64,000 nucleotides of DNA from Massalongia carnosa (Eukaryota): NCBI GenBank assembly GCA_965645245.1, contig OZ287074.1:682001-746000 (forward strand). The letters are read 5' to 3'. Below, in pieces: positions 1 through 11,722 of this stretch; position 1 is the stretch's first letter; each line of letters starts with the position of its first letter. Under the pieces are notes generated by a model. The model was not told the DNA's origin. It made no database searches and saw only the letters and a program-made list of their open reading frames with translations. Position numbers and translations under genes: made by a program.

Positions 1-203
1 ATCTTTCTCCCATCGAGAATTGTTGGCAGGTTCCAAAACAAACGGTTGGACGTCAACCTCATTGGGATGATGATACCACAATTGCTGCAATTAAGGAGGG
101 TTGGGCCAAACTTTCTCAGGCAAAAATCAATCAACGGATCGATTCAATGCCCAAAAGAATTGATGACGTGTTAGACATGCAGGGTAAGCTTACTGGATGG
201 TAA
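1..203 (+). mobile_element. C-terminal end of a Tc1/mariner DDE transposase, cut by the window edge
   Basis: The frame from base 3 reads LSPIENCWQVPKQ...GWAKLSQAKINQRIDSMPKRIDDVLDMQGKLTGW* (TAA 201-203). This matches the Tc1 'DLNPIExxW' and 'SMPxRxxxVxxxxGxxTxY' motifs. A possible right TIR lies at ~255-283, but no TA follows it. Confidence 0.8.
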
Positions 204-1150
204 AATAGCTGTAGTTGTGGATGTAAATGTAAATCCAACAAATCGCTAAATTTTGGTGTTCGGCCATTTTTGTCACGCGCGTGCTTGCTTCCGCTTCTGT
301 TCTCCTTTTCTCCCCTTCCCCCTCCCCCCTTTCACCTTCGCCCTTCTTCACGCACGAACCCCCCGGCGTTTTGACTTGCTGAAAAGGTACTTTGATTATC
401 CAATTTCCACCACATCTTCCCCCTACCTTACTGTATCTCATCCCATTTGCCCACCGTGCAAATATCGTGTTACACATCACATCACATCGAACAGACCCCA
501 GGTACACATATCTAAGTTATCTAACCATTTACTATGCTTGGAGGCGCATCGCTGAAGATCAAGATCCAGCCACATGATTCACGATACGTCAATGGATCGA
601 ATCGTGAAAACCACCAACCAGAAGACCATAACCAAAACCAAGACCAAGACCAAAATAAAAACAAAGCCTGTGCTCTTCCACGCTCTGACACATCAATTGT
701 GGACACTAATGCAGCATTCCATGAAATTCCCCGAGACTATAAGATGATCGATAATAGTTCAGATCCATGGCTCTCATCCCTCCCTCTTCTCGTTTTTTGT
801 TGTCGTGACTATAGATGCTATTTATCTGGAATCGGAAGCCACTGTGCGCGATTCTCGAATAATATCAATCTGTGCGCCAAAGCTTGGTTTTGGAATATTC
901 ACATAACTCAAACTTTTCTTCTCATATGCGCGGGTCATGCTCCTAGGCATGTTTCATATTTGAAGTCTCCATGGTGGAAAATTTTACCAATTACCTACAC
1001 CTGAAGAATCTATAAAAGACCAAGTTTCCCTCATGTCCTGGAGCAACGTCCGCTGGGTTGAACATACGACCGTTCATTGAACCTTTGCCACTCCACTCCC
1101 CTCCACTCTCCTAAAACACCCGTGCACTCTCCTCCTTTTGCGATCTGACG

Positions 1151-2136
1151 ATGACAGCACGTAGAACCAAGTAAGTGCGGGCCAATTGCGCGGCATTCCA
1201 CGAATCTCGTCCCGGCAGATAGAAGCTAACCCGGGACTCCTCAAGCTTTCCCAACGTCCGGGCCTGTCTCTTCGACATGGACGGCCTACTTATCGACTCC
1301 GAGGATATCTACACGCACTGCAACAACATCATCCTCCACCAATATGGCAGGCCTTCTCTTCCCTGGAAAGTCAAAGCTCAACTCCAAGGCCGGCCCGGCC
1401 CCGAAGTAAGCGTCCCCTTCCCTCAATACATAGCCTTCCCAAAGTAACCCTCTCTCCCTAGGCTGGCGAAATCTTCCACGCCTGGGCCCAACTCCCACTC
1501 TCCCGCGCGGATTTCCTTAGCCGCCAAGCCGCGCTCCAGCGAAAAAACTTCCCCACTACCCAGCCCCTCCCCGGTGTGCTCTCCCTCTTATCCCACCTCG
1601 CCGCGGCCAACATCCGTCTGGCCCTCGCCACCTCGTCGCACGCGGCCAACTTCCGCCTGAAATCCGGCCATCTGCCTTCCCTCTTTAGCTTCTTCCCCCC
1701 GCACAACCGCGTACTCGGCGACGACCCGCGCATCCCGCCCGGCAAGGGTAAGCCCGCGCCCGACATCTACCTACTCGCGCTCGAGACGCTCAACGCCGAG
1801 ATCCGCGCCCACGGCGGCGGCGAGCGCGAGATCGCCCCGGAGGAATGCATCGTGTTTGAGGACTCGGTGTCTGGGGTCGAGGCCGGGAGGAGAGCAGGCA
1901 TGCGCGTGGTGTGGTGCCCGCATCCGGAGCTATTGAAGGAGTATGCGGGCCGCGAGCGGGAGGTGTTGGCCGGTTTGACAGGGAAGTTGCAGGACGAGGC
2001 GGTGAAGGAGGTATTGGAGGAGGCAAGGACGGACGGGAGGGTGGTTGGGAGGGCGGGAAGGCTGGATGATGGCTGGGGGGAGTTGCTAAAGAGTTTGGTA
2101 GGGTTTCCGTACGGGGGGTATGGGATTGGAGTTTAG
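1151..2136 (+). CDS. HAD-superfamily phosphatase, pseudouridine-5'-phosphatase/HDHD1 (YKL033W-A-like); 2 introns
   Basis: ATG at 1151; introns 1171-1245 and 1406-1461. The spliced product has motif I ACLFDMDGLLIDSE, then LATSS, GKPAPDIY and VFEDSVSG. Confidence 0.88.
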
Positions 2137-2896
2137 GGGTGGAATGGAAGTGGACTGGTGGAGAATGAATGGTATGTGGGGCTGGAAGGTAATGGAGGAA
2201 GGCTAGAGGTAGAAGGAGACAGTTTCCTGTCTGTTTGCTTACTTGCTTGCTTGCTTCTCTGCTTGCTTCTTCAAGCGCGTGGGTGGGCGGCTTCCTGCTC
2301 GTTTTGTGCCCTTTTTTGCGGTTTCTTTCTTTTTTTCCCCCTTGCCACTTGTGTGTGTGTGTGCGTGCGCGTGCCCTTTCCTTTCCCCCCTTCTTTGTGT
2401 GGGTGGATAAGAGATAGATTGGTAATGGTAATGGTGATATTGAGGGTGGTTTTTTTTAAATTAATAGATAATGAAGACCTATTCATTTCTTTTCGGGTTT
2501 TAGGAATGGATATACATAAATATATTATATAGAGAATTCATATTTTGGGGGTTGAGACTTGATGGACTGGATGGATTTGAGCAACGTAGCAAATGGAAGA
2601 GAGAAAGAGAGGTTTTCCAATTGCGTATAGTGTAGTGGGGGAACAAGGACACGGGGGAAGGGTGGAAGCATGTTTTCTCTTGTGGAACGAAACCTAGGTG
2701 AGGTGAGGGGAAGGCGGATTTTTTTTTTCTTTCCTAGTTGGATGGATATGTAGGTAGATAGATAGATAGATTAGATAGATAGATAGGTGCTAGTTCTTTC
2801 GATATACCACATAATAATCTATCTCTGCGTCTGTTTGTTCCGTCCATTTTCCTTCCCTTTCCTCCCTTCCCTCCCCCCGCCGTCCCTTCCTCCAGC

Positions 2897-4364
2897 TCAT
2901 GAAAAGAAAAATGCGTTCCCAGCCGAATCCGTCCGTTTCCCCTTGCTGTAGTCACGCGCGGGATCGAATTCCTCCCACACGGAGGCAGGGAAGATATGCT
3001 TGTTGCGCTCGTACCAGCGGCGATCGACCACTTTGGTGAAGTTGGGGTCGTCGGTAGCGCCCTCAAGATGGGAGGTGGCCGGGTAGTGGTGGGGGTGAGT
3101 GGTTGATGAATGGGGGGTGGGGCGGTGGGTTAATGAACGCGGGGGGATGGGATGGAGGGATGGAGGGGGAGGTGAGGGGGAGGAGGAGGGGGAACGGGAT
3201 AGGGATGGAGGAGCGGGGAGCGTGGAGGCGTAGTCGAAGAGGGGGATGTTGGTTGGGCCAAGGGTTTTGTTGACGATGAAGTAGTAGAGTTCGTAGTGCT
3301 GGGGTTTGGAGAAGGAATTGTTAGTTGAGATTTTCCCCTTTTCTTGTACGCTTGTATGAAAGGAGAGGGAACAAAGGGAAGAGCTTACATGAGGGATGAT
3401 GACTTCGCCCCTCACCAGCATCAAATCATCCACCCCCACCCTCGCCCATTCCCGGCGACTGTTCGCCCTCTCGCCAGCCCCACCGACGCCCAGCTCCGCG
3501 CCGACTTTCCGGCTCCGGTCCAGCAGCAGCCAAACGTAATCGCCCTTCTTGACCTTGCACGCGCCGCCAGGGATGTTGGTGCCGTCGTAGAAGACGAAGG
3601 GCACAAGGATCTCGGTCGCTTTGACGGCGTCTTGCATCGCGAGGAACTCCTTGCGCAGCTGCTCCCGTGTCTGGACTTCGCGCAAGAGGGCCGATTTCGT
3701 CAGGACTTTGGGTGCGATGCTCACGGTCGAGTTGGGGCCCAACCGTCGCTTCTCAACGACCGCGCGGGAGGAGGGGTGGAGGATGGCTGGGGACGCCGTT
3801 ATTGATGGGAGGCCATCTGGGGTGGTACTGGATCTTGAAGCATCTAGGGCAGACGATGCCGGTTCGGTGTTGCGCTCGCCGTCGTCGTCCCTCTCCTCGT
3901 GGTCATCCTCCACCCCAAACGACAGTTTCCCTTTGGCGACTTGTTTCCGTTTCTTCTTTCGCAATTGGGGCGTCGAAACACTGTGCTTTGACCATCAGTC
4001 CCTGCCTTTCGCGAATCTCGTACCTTGCATTCCCATTCTGCCAAGAAAGGACAGATTAGGATCACTCATGACGCTGATATGAAAATTCTTACCCGTCACT
4101 CGGGGTCACGGTGCCAGATGTCGAGGCGGGTGTAGCTGAAGAGGTGACAAAGCGGCCAAAGCTTCCTCCCTGTGATTCACGCTCCTTTTGCTCGAGCGCT
4201 TCGGCGCGTCGTTTGCGGAAGTCGGATAGATGGACCAGGCCGACGGTCTGGGATTTGAGAAGATCTTCGGCAGTTGACGCTTGAGAGGTGAAACGGGAAT
4301 TGTGAGAAGGGTTTGGGGTGGGATGGCGAGAAGGATCGCCTGAGGATTGGATGGAGGAGGCCAT
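2897..4364 (-). CDS. XAP5: XAP5/FAM50 family nuclear protein; 2 introns
   Basis: N-terminal SQASTAEDLLKSQTVGLVHLSDFRKRR, central PFVFYDG and DDLMLVRGEVIIPH, C-terminal VVDRRWYERNKHIFPASVWEEFDP. Introns at ~4092-3981 and ~3388-3299. Confidence 0.92.
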
Positions 4365-5590
4365 TGCGCATTCAATTGGAAGGTGCAAAAAGCAGTTAAT
4401 AATGAGATATGGATCAAGACGTTATGGAAGAAGTGAAAGTGTGAATTTTATTTCAACGTCTATTCTTCGGCCGACCTAGCGCTAGTTCATTTTCATCTTT
4501 TGCACTAGCCCAGCTCTGAATAAATCCTTCTAACTCCTTTCGGGTGCCTTATTCTTGCTCACAATCCGTACAAAGTAACACTCGAGAATTATATAGGCAT
4601 AGCCGATGATGTGAGCCAGTTATGCTACTTCTGTTACTATCAGTCTCCGAAGTCTTTTGAGGAAGTCTGGCATCTAGGCCGCAACGAACGACTCGTTCCA
4701 TTGTATCGCTCGCCGTTGATTGTAGGATGCAGTTTAACCCAAGCTCTTTAGTAAACAAATCATATTACGTTGATGCTCAGCATTCCTACTCAAGTCTCCA
4801 AAACCTCTGGAGCTTTTTGTTTTCCATACTATGGGCGGATCTTTCATAACAAACGTCGTCAGTTTCTACCCCTTAAACATCGCAGCACCTCTTTAAAGCT
4901 ACGATTATACAATAGAATCAAGGAGAGCCTTAAGTCGCTAGTTGAAGCTCCTTTCGTGGAGTAGTCTCGCGTACTAGGAGAAACAGCTGGTTCAATTTTC
5001 CGAAAGGTTCAGGCTCGGTTGATCAAGGACATGGCTGGACCAGTATGCATAGAACAGTCAGGTGTAGCTTATTGCTAAAAACGAGGAAGAGAAGCTTCAA
5101 GTTACTGAATCGATCTGTTCGCAGCTCATCATTGGAGTCTTGGTATCTTGAGGGTGGATGTGGGGTTTGGACTTCACTTCCAGACTGCTGCGCTTCGTAT
5201 GCTGACCCAGCAGATGTCGTAGCTGATCGCTATAACTTCACGTTTCCCACTCAGCAGATTTCTACTCTAACGAGCAAACATATGTCAGGGAGTAATTATG
5301 GATTTGACTATCCATCCCGAGTTTCAGACTCAAATTAATTGCGTGGTTATGTCTTTCAACCCTAGCCCTAAGAAATTATCTTCTCACCGCCGTCTTTTCA
5401 ATTCTTTCCTTTCCCCCAAGAAGTAACAATGTCGTTGTATCCTTCACTCATGCTTCAGTTTGCTAATAAGAACCCCCCCCCGTTTTGTTTGTTATCGCTG
5501 TACAGGACACTCTCTGATGCTCATGTTTACACTTCCTGCCGAGACAACTAATAGCCACCTCAAGACAAGTCTATCGTAGATCATAACGTC

Positions 5591-7022
5591 ATGGACTTTT
5601 CGCTTCGCTGTAATTCTTTGAAATGCCGAGCGCAGCTGAACGAGAGAGCTGTGGTGACTACTTGCAGGTGTGTTCTTTACATCCATGCTCAGTGAAGCTC
5701 ATACTAAACCCTTTTGCATAGTCATATCTTTTGCACCGCATGCTCCGACTCCTTAGGTCTAAGTGCGCCAACTGGTGGGAATCGAATCTGTCCAGCCTGC
5801 CAGACGAGTCTCCCCAACCCTGATGACGCGGTGTCAACGCAACTGAACCCAACGGAGGATTATAAAACGAGCGTTCTCAGTGGCTTGACGCCTAGCACGA
5901 TTATGGAATGTGCTGGGCGAGGCCTGGCGTTCTGGAGCTATCAGTCTACACAGGAAATGTATACCCACTCGGGGAGGACTTGCATTCATGGCTAACATTC
6001 ATCTAGCGTCTATCAAGAATACCTAGCAAAAACCTTGACTGATAAATATGGCAATCTCAGCGTGCAGGTGGACAAAATAATCAACGATGCGAATGTAGAG
6101 CTTGAAATTCTCAACCAGAAGCTCGCTGGTAAATACGACCTACTTGACGTCAAGCCATTACTAATGCTATTGGCAGTCATGCAAGTAGACCAAGATAAGC
6201 TTAAGATGGAGAACACCAACCTCGTAGCCGCCTTCCGGGAAAAGAGCCGTAAGCACCAGCAAACACAAGAGTTATATGATCGGCTCAAACGCAAGGAGAT
6301 GACCGCTGCAACGCAATCAGCGGCTTACGATTCTGTGGATGAAGTCCTGGGGTCCATCTCTAGTCGCCAGGACCAGATTCAGTCAGATCTCTCCCATCCG
6401 TATCAATTCATGTCAAGACCATATGGGCAGCAAATCTTCTCTCATTCGTCCAATGAGCTTAAGGGATCGCGGCAAGCGCACGGCAAGGATAGGACTGGAA
6501 GCAATGGGGGTTATGGCAGCATGGCACCTCCTACAACCCGGGTTATAGGGTTCGAAAACAGGTCTTTCGAATTTGGTAAATCTTGCCTCAAATATGACAG
6601 CTCTTCTAACAGTCTACTAGGTCAAGGTTTGCCAACGCCAGCTCAACACCGTAACCAACTAGGCGGTATCCACCCGTCCGGAAGCCAGTTTCACACGGGC
6701 AACTATCTCAATCCAGGCCATAACTTAGCGGGAGGGTTGCAACAGACACCTTCCCAACGCCAACCACTAGCCAACGTAGGTTCTAGCAGTCTAAACCGAT
6801 CCGGCGTGAGTGGTTATGGGATGAGCGCAGGTATGAAGGTGGGGCGACAGCAAGGCCAGTACTTCTACCTTTTTCTTCAATGCAGGGTGGGGAGACGTGT
6901 TCGTGCGGTTTGCTAAAATCCTTTCAGGTCCACGCTCCAGGGGCCTTACGCATCAAACCCATGAACGTAACGGAGGTCATCTTGTTCATCCTCTTGCGCA
7001 ATCTCAACAGGGAGCACCATAA
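5591..7022 (+). CDS. HEI10: HEI10/CCNB1IP1 meiotic RING E3 ligase; multi-intron, 3' end uncertain (6916-7022)
   Basis: Spliced N-terminus MDFSLRCNSLKCRAQLNERAVVTTCSHIFC...CPACQTSL...NPTEDYKTSVLSGLTPSTIMECAGRGLAFWSYQ, followed by a coiled coil (FREKSRKHQQTQELYDRLK) and a low-complexity tail. Confidence 0.88.
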
Positions 7023-7489
7023 TGACGGTACCTGCTGCTGATGTTCACAGCTCGTCTATCCTGCCGCATTTTAACATTTACTTTAGAGCCATGGCTTTTG
7101 CTTCGGGTTGCTTTACATCAATAGCACTGGAAATCTTAAGATCTCTCATAATAACACTCTTTACCTCGATACCTTGTTCTCCCCTGAAAATAGCTTGGTC
7201 AGGATAATAAGACTCGTGTTCACGGTATCATCCATTGAAATCCAAGTTGAATGCATTTTTGGGAAATATTCTCCCGTACAAATTCCATATCCGTCGATTT
7301 CAATCCAATATTCTTTGTGAAATTTCGACCGCATCAGGACGCTGAGCATTTCAGTTCCAACTTAAACAGTACTTATTTGTAAAGTTACTTGTCAAGCACC
7401 TTTCACACTCTATGTGGGCTTACCATAAATTGAGAGATCTTTCTGCTACAAAGCTTGGCTCAGGCATAATCCTCCTTCTCGCGCTCTAA

Positions 7490-8254
7490 ATGGCCGATCA
7501 CCCTCTGAATAGCCTTTTGCTACTTCCTCCTATACAAGATTCTCTACTCAGCAACCTTAACGCCCATGACTATGTAAATCTTCGACTAGCCGGTATCTTC
7601 AACCTCGCAGCTAGTCGTACCGTACTGGGGAGAGTGCTGGGCGCTCAGTGCGATGAGCCAAGGCTTCAACCAGGGACCAACGTGGTGATCCCTGGGCCCT
7701 GTCCCAGCGGTCCTCAGTGGAATGTCAGGATGCAATATTGTGACGAGGATCTTTTACCCGTACATCAATTTCGGCGCCACAATGTCTGCGAACCATGCCG
7801 AGACTACCAAAGAGACTATTGGTCTGCACCCATACAAGAATTGACTTTAAGTCGTTTGATATGCAAATGCAAGAAACACAGCATGATGATCCGAAGACGT
7901 CTCGACGAGGGCCACGACGGCTGTAATTGCTGGGCATTCATTCATGAGGGGTGGAAGTGCCGTAGCTGCTACAATCAGCGGAGGATATTATGCGATGTGG
8001 GCGGGCAGGTGCGGTGCAACGAATTACGCACAATCCACAAGGTCAAGAATCGACGGTCTAGAACCGGCGCGAAGAAAACCGTTTTTGGGGAAATGCGTAT
8101 ACGAGAGGCGTGTCCAGGAGGAGGAGGCCTGTGTGGCGCCAAATCCTGGACGTTGGTTGGAAAAAAGGATGATGATGGAAATCCACTTCCCCACTCTTTG
8201 GCTACCTTTATGTGTATTCAGTGCGACGGAGAGTATGTGCCCCTAGTGGTATAG
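7490..8254 (+). CDS. Cys-rich hypothetical protein with an F-box-like N-terminus
   Basis: Uninterrupted 254-aa ORF starting at ATG. N-terminal LLLPPIQDSLLSNLNAHDYVNLRLA; several CxxC/CxC motifs (VCEPC, CKCKKH, CNC, WKCRSC, CIQC). Confidence 0.65.
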   Translation: MADHPLNSLLLLPPIQDSLLSNLNAHDYVNLRLAGIFNLAASRTVLGRVLGAQCDEPRLQPGTNVVIPGPCPSGPQWNVRMQYCDEDLLPVHQFRRHNVCEPCRDYQRDYWSAPIQELTLSRLICKCKKHSMMIRRRLDEGHDGCNCWAFIHEGWKCRSCYNQRRILCDVGGQVRCNELRTIHKVKNRRSRTGAKKTVFGEMRIREACPGGGGLCGAKSWTLVGKKDDDGNPLPHSLATFMCIQCDGEYVPLVV

Positions 8255-8310
8255 GAGACATGTGCATTCAGTGCGACGGAGAGTATGTGCCCCCAGTGGT
8301 ATAGGAGACA
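8211..8310 (+). repeat. 50-bp direct tandem duplication spanning the stop codon of the 7490-8254 ORF
   Basis: 8211-8260 and 8261-8310 are identical except for two T/C differences. Confidence 0.95.
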
Positions 8311-8713
8311 TGTTGCTTCGCTGTTTTACAAAAAGTCATCCACTCATGCTACAATTTTAAGACCGGCGGACTTCGATCTCACACTATGCTGAAGATCAAC
8401 ACTGGATATTAACAGCAGTCAACAGATTCGCGAGGCATCCCGTTTTCATCTATATCTTTACTTGTTGCCTCTAACTAATACGGTTTTCATCAAATCCGGT
8501 CATTCTTTATCTGCTCCGTTCATTTCGCCCTCCGGATGCATCCGAGTCTCTCCTCTAACCTCAACACAAGCTGGTACCTTACGACAAGGAACTTCCTCGC
8601 CCATGCTTCTCCGTTTTCTCAACTAAACGTTGACTGCTATATTTTCTCTCACCAAAATATCAATTAACCAACTTCAGCAACCTAACCATCATACCGATCT
8701 ACCAATAACCGCC

Positions 8714-8938
8714 ATGCCGCCAACACTCGAGCATCTCCTCGGCGGTATCTACCCCATCCAAGTCTCTATCCTGCGCAACCTCGACCCCCACGATTTTCAG
8801 AACCTTCAGCTCGCCGGCCTTCGCCTCTCCATCAGCTGCGCCGTACAGCGCAAATACCTCATCCCCCGATCCCAACCCTTTCCGCGCAACCATCACTACC
8901 GCGTCCGCCCTCGCGGTACCGCCTGCGCTGCCAGGTAG
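8714..8938 (+). pseudogene. Short or truncated paralog of the 7490-8254 F-box-like protein
   Basis: MPPTLEHLLGGIYPIQVSILRNLDPHDFQNLQLAG aligns with the N-terminus of the upstream ORF; it stops after ~74 aa. Confidence 0.55.
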
Positions 8939-11722
8939 CTTTTGAGATGATGATAAGATGTTGTTCATAGCGCTCTTTTCAATCGCTCCCTATCTATCTC
9001 TTTCTTATTTCCAGCACCCCCGGGCGGATTTCAGTATGGAAACTAGCTCTCTACGTATCAGAGTTCTTGACAGCTCCGATTGATACCGCAGCGTTATCCC
9101 TGGTTCCCCCCACGAAATCGATCAAATCGCGCTGTCGCTTGTGGGCGCCCTCATTTTCTCAACGCAGTTCTACTTATCCTCAAATACAGCTATAGGCACC
9201 AGTCTCGGTTTCAACCAGTCAACGAATCAATTTTTTGTAGAGCAGAGCATACGAACACCTACCTACCTACCTACACACAAACCTGCATATCTGTATACCT
9301 ACCAACATGCATTAATAGCGATTGGCGATGAGGAATTAGGCAGATTCAAACAGCCTATATCGAAGATAGACGGGGAGCAAAGAGAGACAGAGAGTTTGTT
9401 GAAGGATGCAAGCCCGGGGTGGTTATATATCTTTCTATCTAGTAAAGTAGAACACGGCACAATCATTATGTATGTAGTAGGATGTCGAGGTTTGATAGAG
9501 GAAATCCTATTAGGATTTACGGACGGATATATTTATTTTTCTTACTTGCAATTTCATTTATTTACTTTATCATTAATTTATTGAGTACAACTTGATCTAA
9601 GTATCTAGCTCGACATGCTGTACCAACTCCCGATATTCTTCTTTTTCGCATTGATAGCTCCCTTTGTTTTGGCTTTAACATGGTTCGGTCTAACAGTAGC
9701 GTGGGCATTTTTGCCAGGAGGCAGGCACGTAATTAATTTTGCTGAACGTAAAAAAAAAACCTTGGAAGCACTCAGTTCCTGTACATACATACTACTCTCC
9801 ATTAGCCCCCATAAACTTTAGAATTAGAATACATATTTCCATCCCCATATAACCAACTCCCTGCCCCCCCCCCCCCCCATCCATCCAATCCAAGAAATCG
9901 TTTCGTTTTCGTTTTCGTTTTCGCCCTAGCTAACAGGTTCCATCAAACCCCGATCTTCCCACCCATCTCTCTGTTTCTCCCTCTACGTAACGTATCCATC
10001 AATCTTTTCCGTCTTCTTCAATCTGTTGTACCCCTTCCTTCCTGCTCCTTCTCGCTTGGGTATAATAAGAGAAAAAGAGAATGTGCGAATGGAGACGGAA
10101 CGAACAAACATAGGTAGGTAGGGAGGTAGATAGATAGGTCAAAAAAAAAAACCGGGGGAATAAAAACCCCCCTGATCGAGAGGGAGAGAGAGGGAGAGTT
10201 GAGGGGAAGCGTCAAAATCCACGAATCCAACCCATCATCCACCCGAATCTCGCAATAGCTTCCGTAGTCGGGGGTTTTTTTATAAAGAAATTTAAAAGAA
10301 AAGAAAAAGAAAAAGCAGCCTAGCTAGGCGAGTAAACAAAACACTACAGTGATAGGTGGATAGATTTGACTAAACTAGGCTAGGCTAGACAGATTCAGGA
10401 ACATACACGTGAATCGTACGAAAGGGGGTCGGGTTTGTCTGGCTGGGGGGTTGGAGGAAGAGAGGAGGGGAGGAGACAAGCGTGCTTAAGGTGAATCCAT
10501 TCATTCCATTGGGTCAGGCGAAAAGGAAGGAAGGAATGAATGAACAGAGAAGAAGAAGAAGAAGAGGAGGAGGAGGAGGAAGAAGAAGTAGGATGAGGGG
10601 CTTTTGGTTGGCGATAAGGTGGGTTTTTGAAATCCTTCCGTATTAGATTAGGGGTTAAATGTTGTTCTTTATCCGTCTATGTCCCATCTATGTCCATCTA
10701 ACGTGTTAGGCAAGTCTCCTATGACCACCAAGACCGAGCGCCCGAGAAGCCCCCTTCTCCGAGATCCCGACCCGGATGAGCGAGAAGCAAAATATCCGCG
10801 GCAACCAACGATAATGGCATCTGCCTCAAAGACGCCAGCGCCCCTTAGATTACTCCTAGCCTTCCATCTTCTCTCTCTCTCTCTCTCTTCCCATCACGCC
10901 CCTCCCTTCTCTTCATCCTCCTTCCGCCCGCCGGCTGGCCTAACCCCTAAAGGCTTATGATGCTCAAGCAACAAGCTTTCCCCACCTGCTCCCAAACCCT
11001 GCGCACAACCCCCTCTTTCCTACTCTCGCCTTCCGCTCTACCGTTGCTCTCGTGGCCGTCTGTCCCCGGTGCTCCATCGAGAAGCTCGTCCTCCGCGTCA
11101 TCGCATTTCGTGGATGATGGGATCTTGTGGTATTGGATAAGTCGCGCGTAGCGAGAGATGGGCGACCAACTTCCAACGCCGTGTACGGCGCGTCAGAACG
11201 CATTTAATCCGTGAGAGTGGGTGGTGGAGCGGTCGCGCGGGTGTCGGTCGCGTGAGGAGTGTACAAGCCATCGGGCCATTGGAGATTGAGAAAGGATGGC
11301 TGTGCAAATTGAGAGAAATGGAAGCATAAAGTTGAGTTCGCTTTTTTGAATGTTGTATCCTTATCTTTTGGATTCAACAAGATCTGATGCGTGAATGGTG
11401 TTTGGAAAATTATTCGTAGCTTGTGGAGCGATTTTGAATCGGGGCTTCGGCAGCCGGGTATAGGTATATGATCTCCGTGAGGCTGAAGCCCACAACACCC
11501 AAGCAATCAAAAACAGTTGATTGGAGCCGAATATTGGCTGCTTGCTGCTTTCCGACCTTGGGTGGTTCGTTTCGCGACGAAAGATTGCACCTTGGCTCTG
11601 AACCTCGCCATCGAGAGCACATTGAGCATGATTCATGACAGCCGTTCAAAACCAATCGTGAGCGGACTGAATCCTCGTGAATACGACATCTTGTAGTAAA
11701 AACCTTAACTCCTCTCCAAAGC

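Noticed and set aside
10640..10952. Telomerase RNA template or interstitial telomere (TAACCCCTAA at ~10941, inverted copy at ~10649)
   Set aside because: It has four Cs rather than the TTAGGG-type template, and I could not recognise a pseudoknot or CR4/5 domain.
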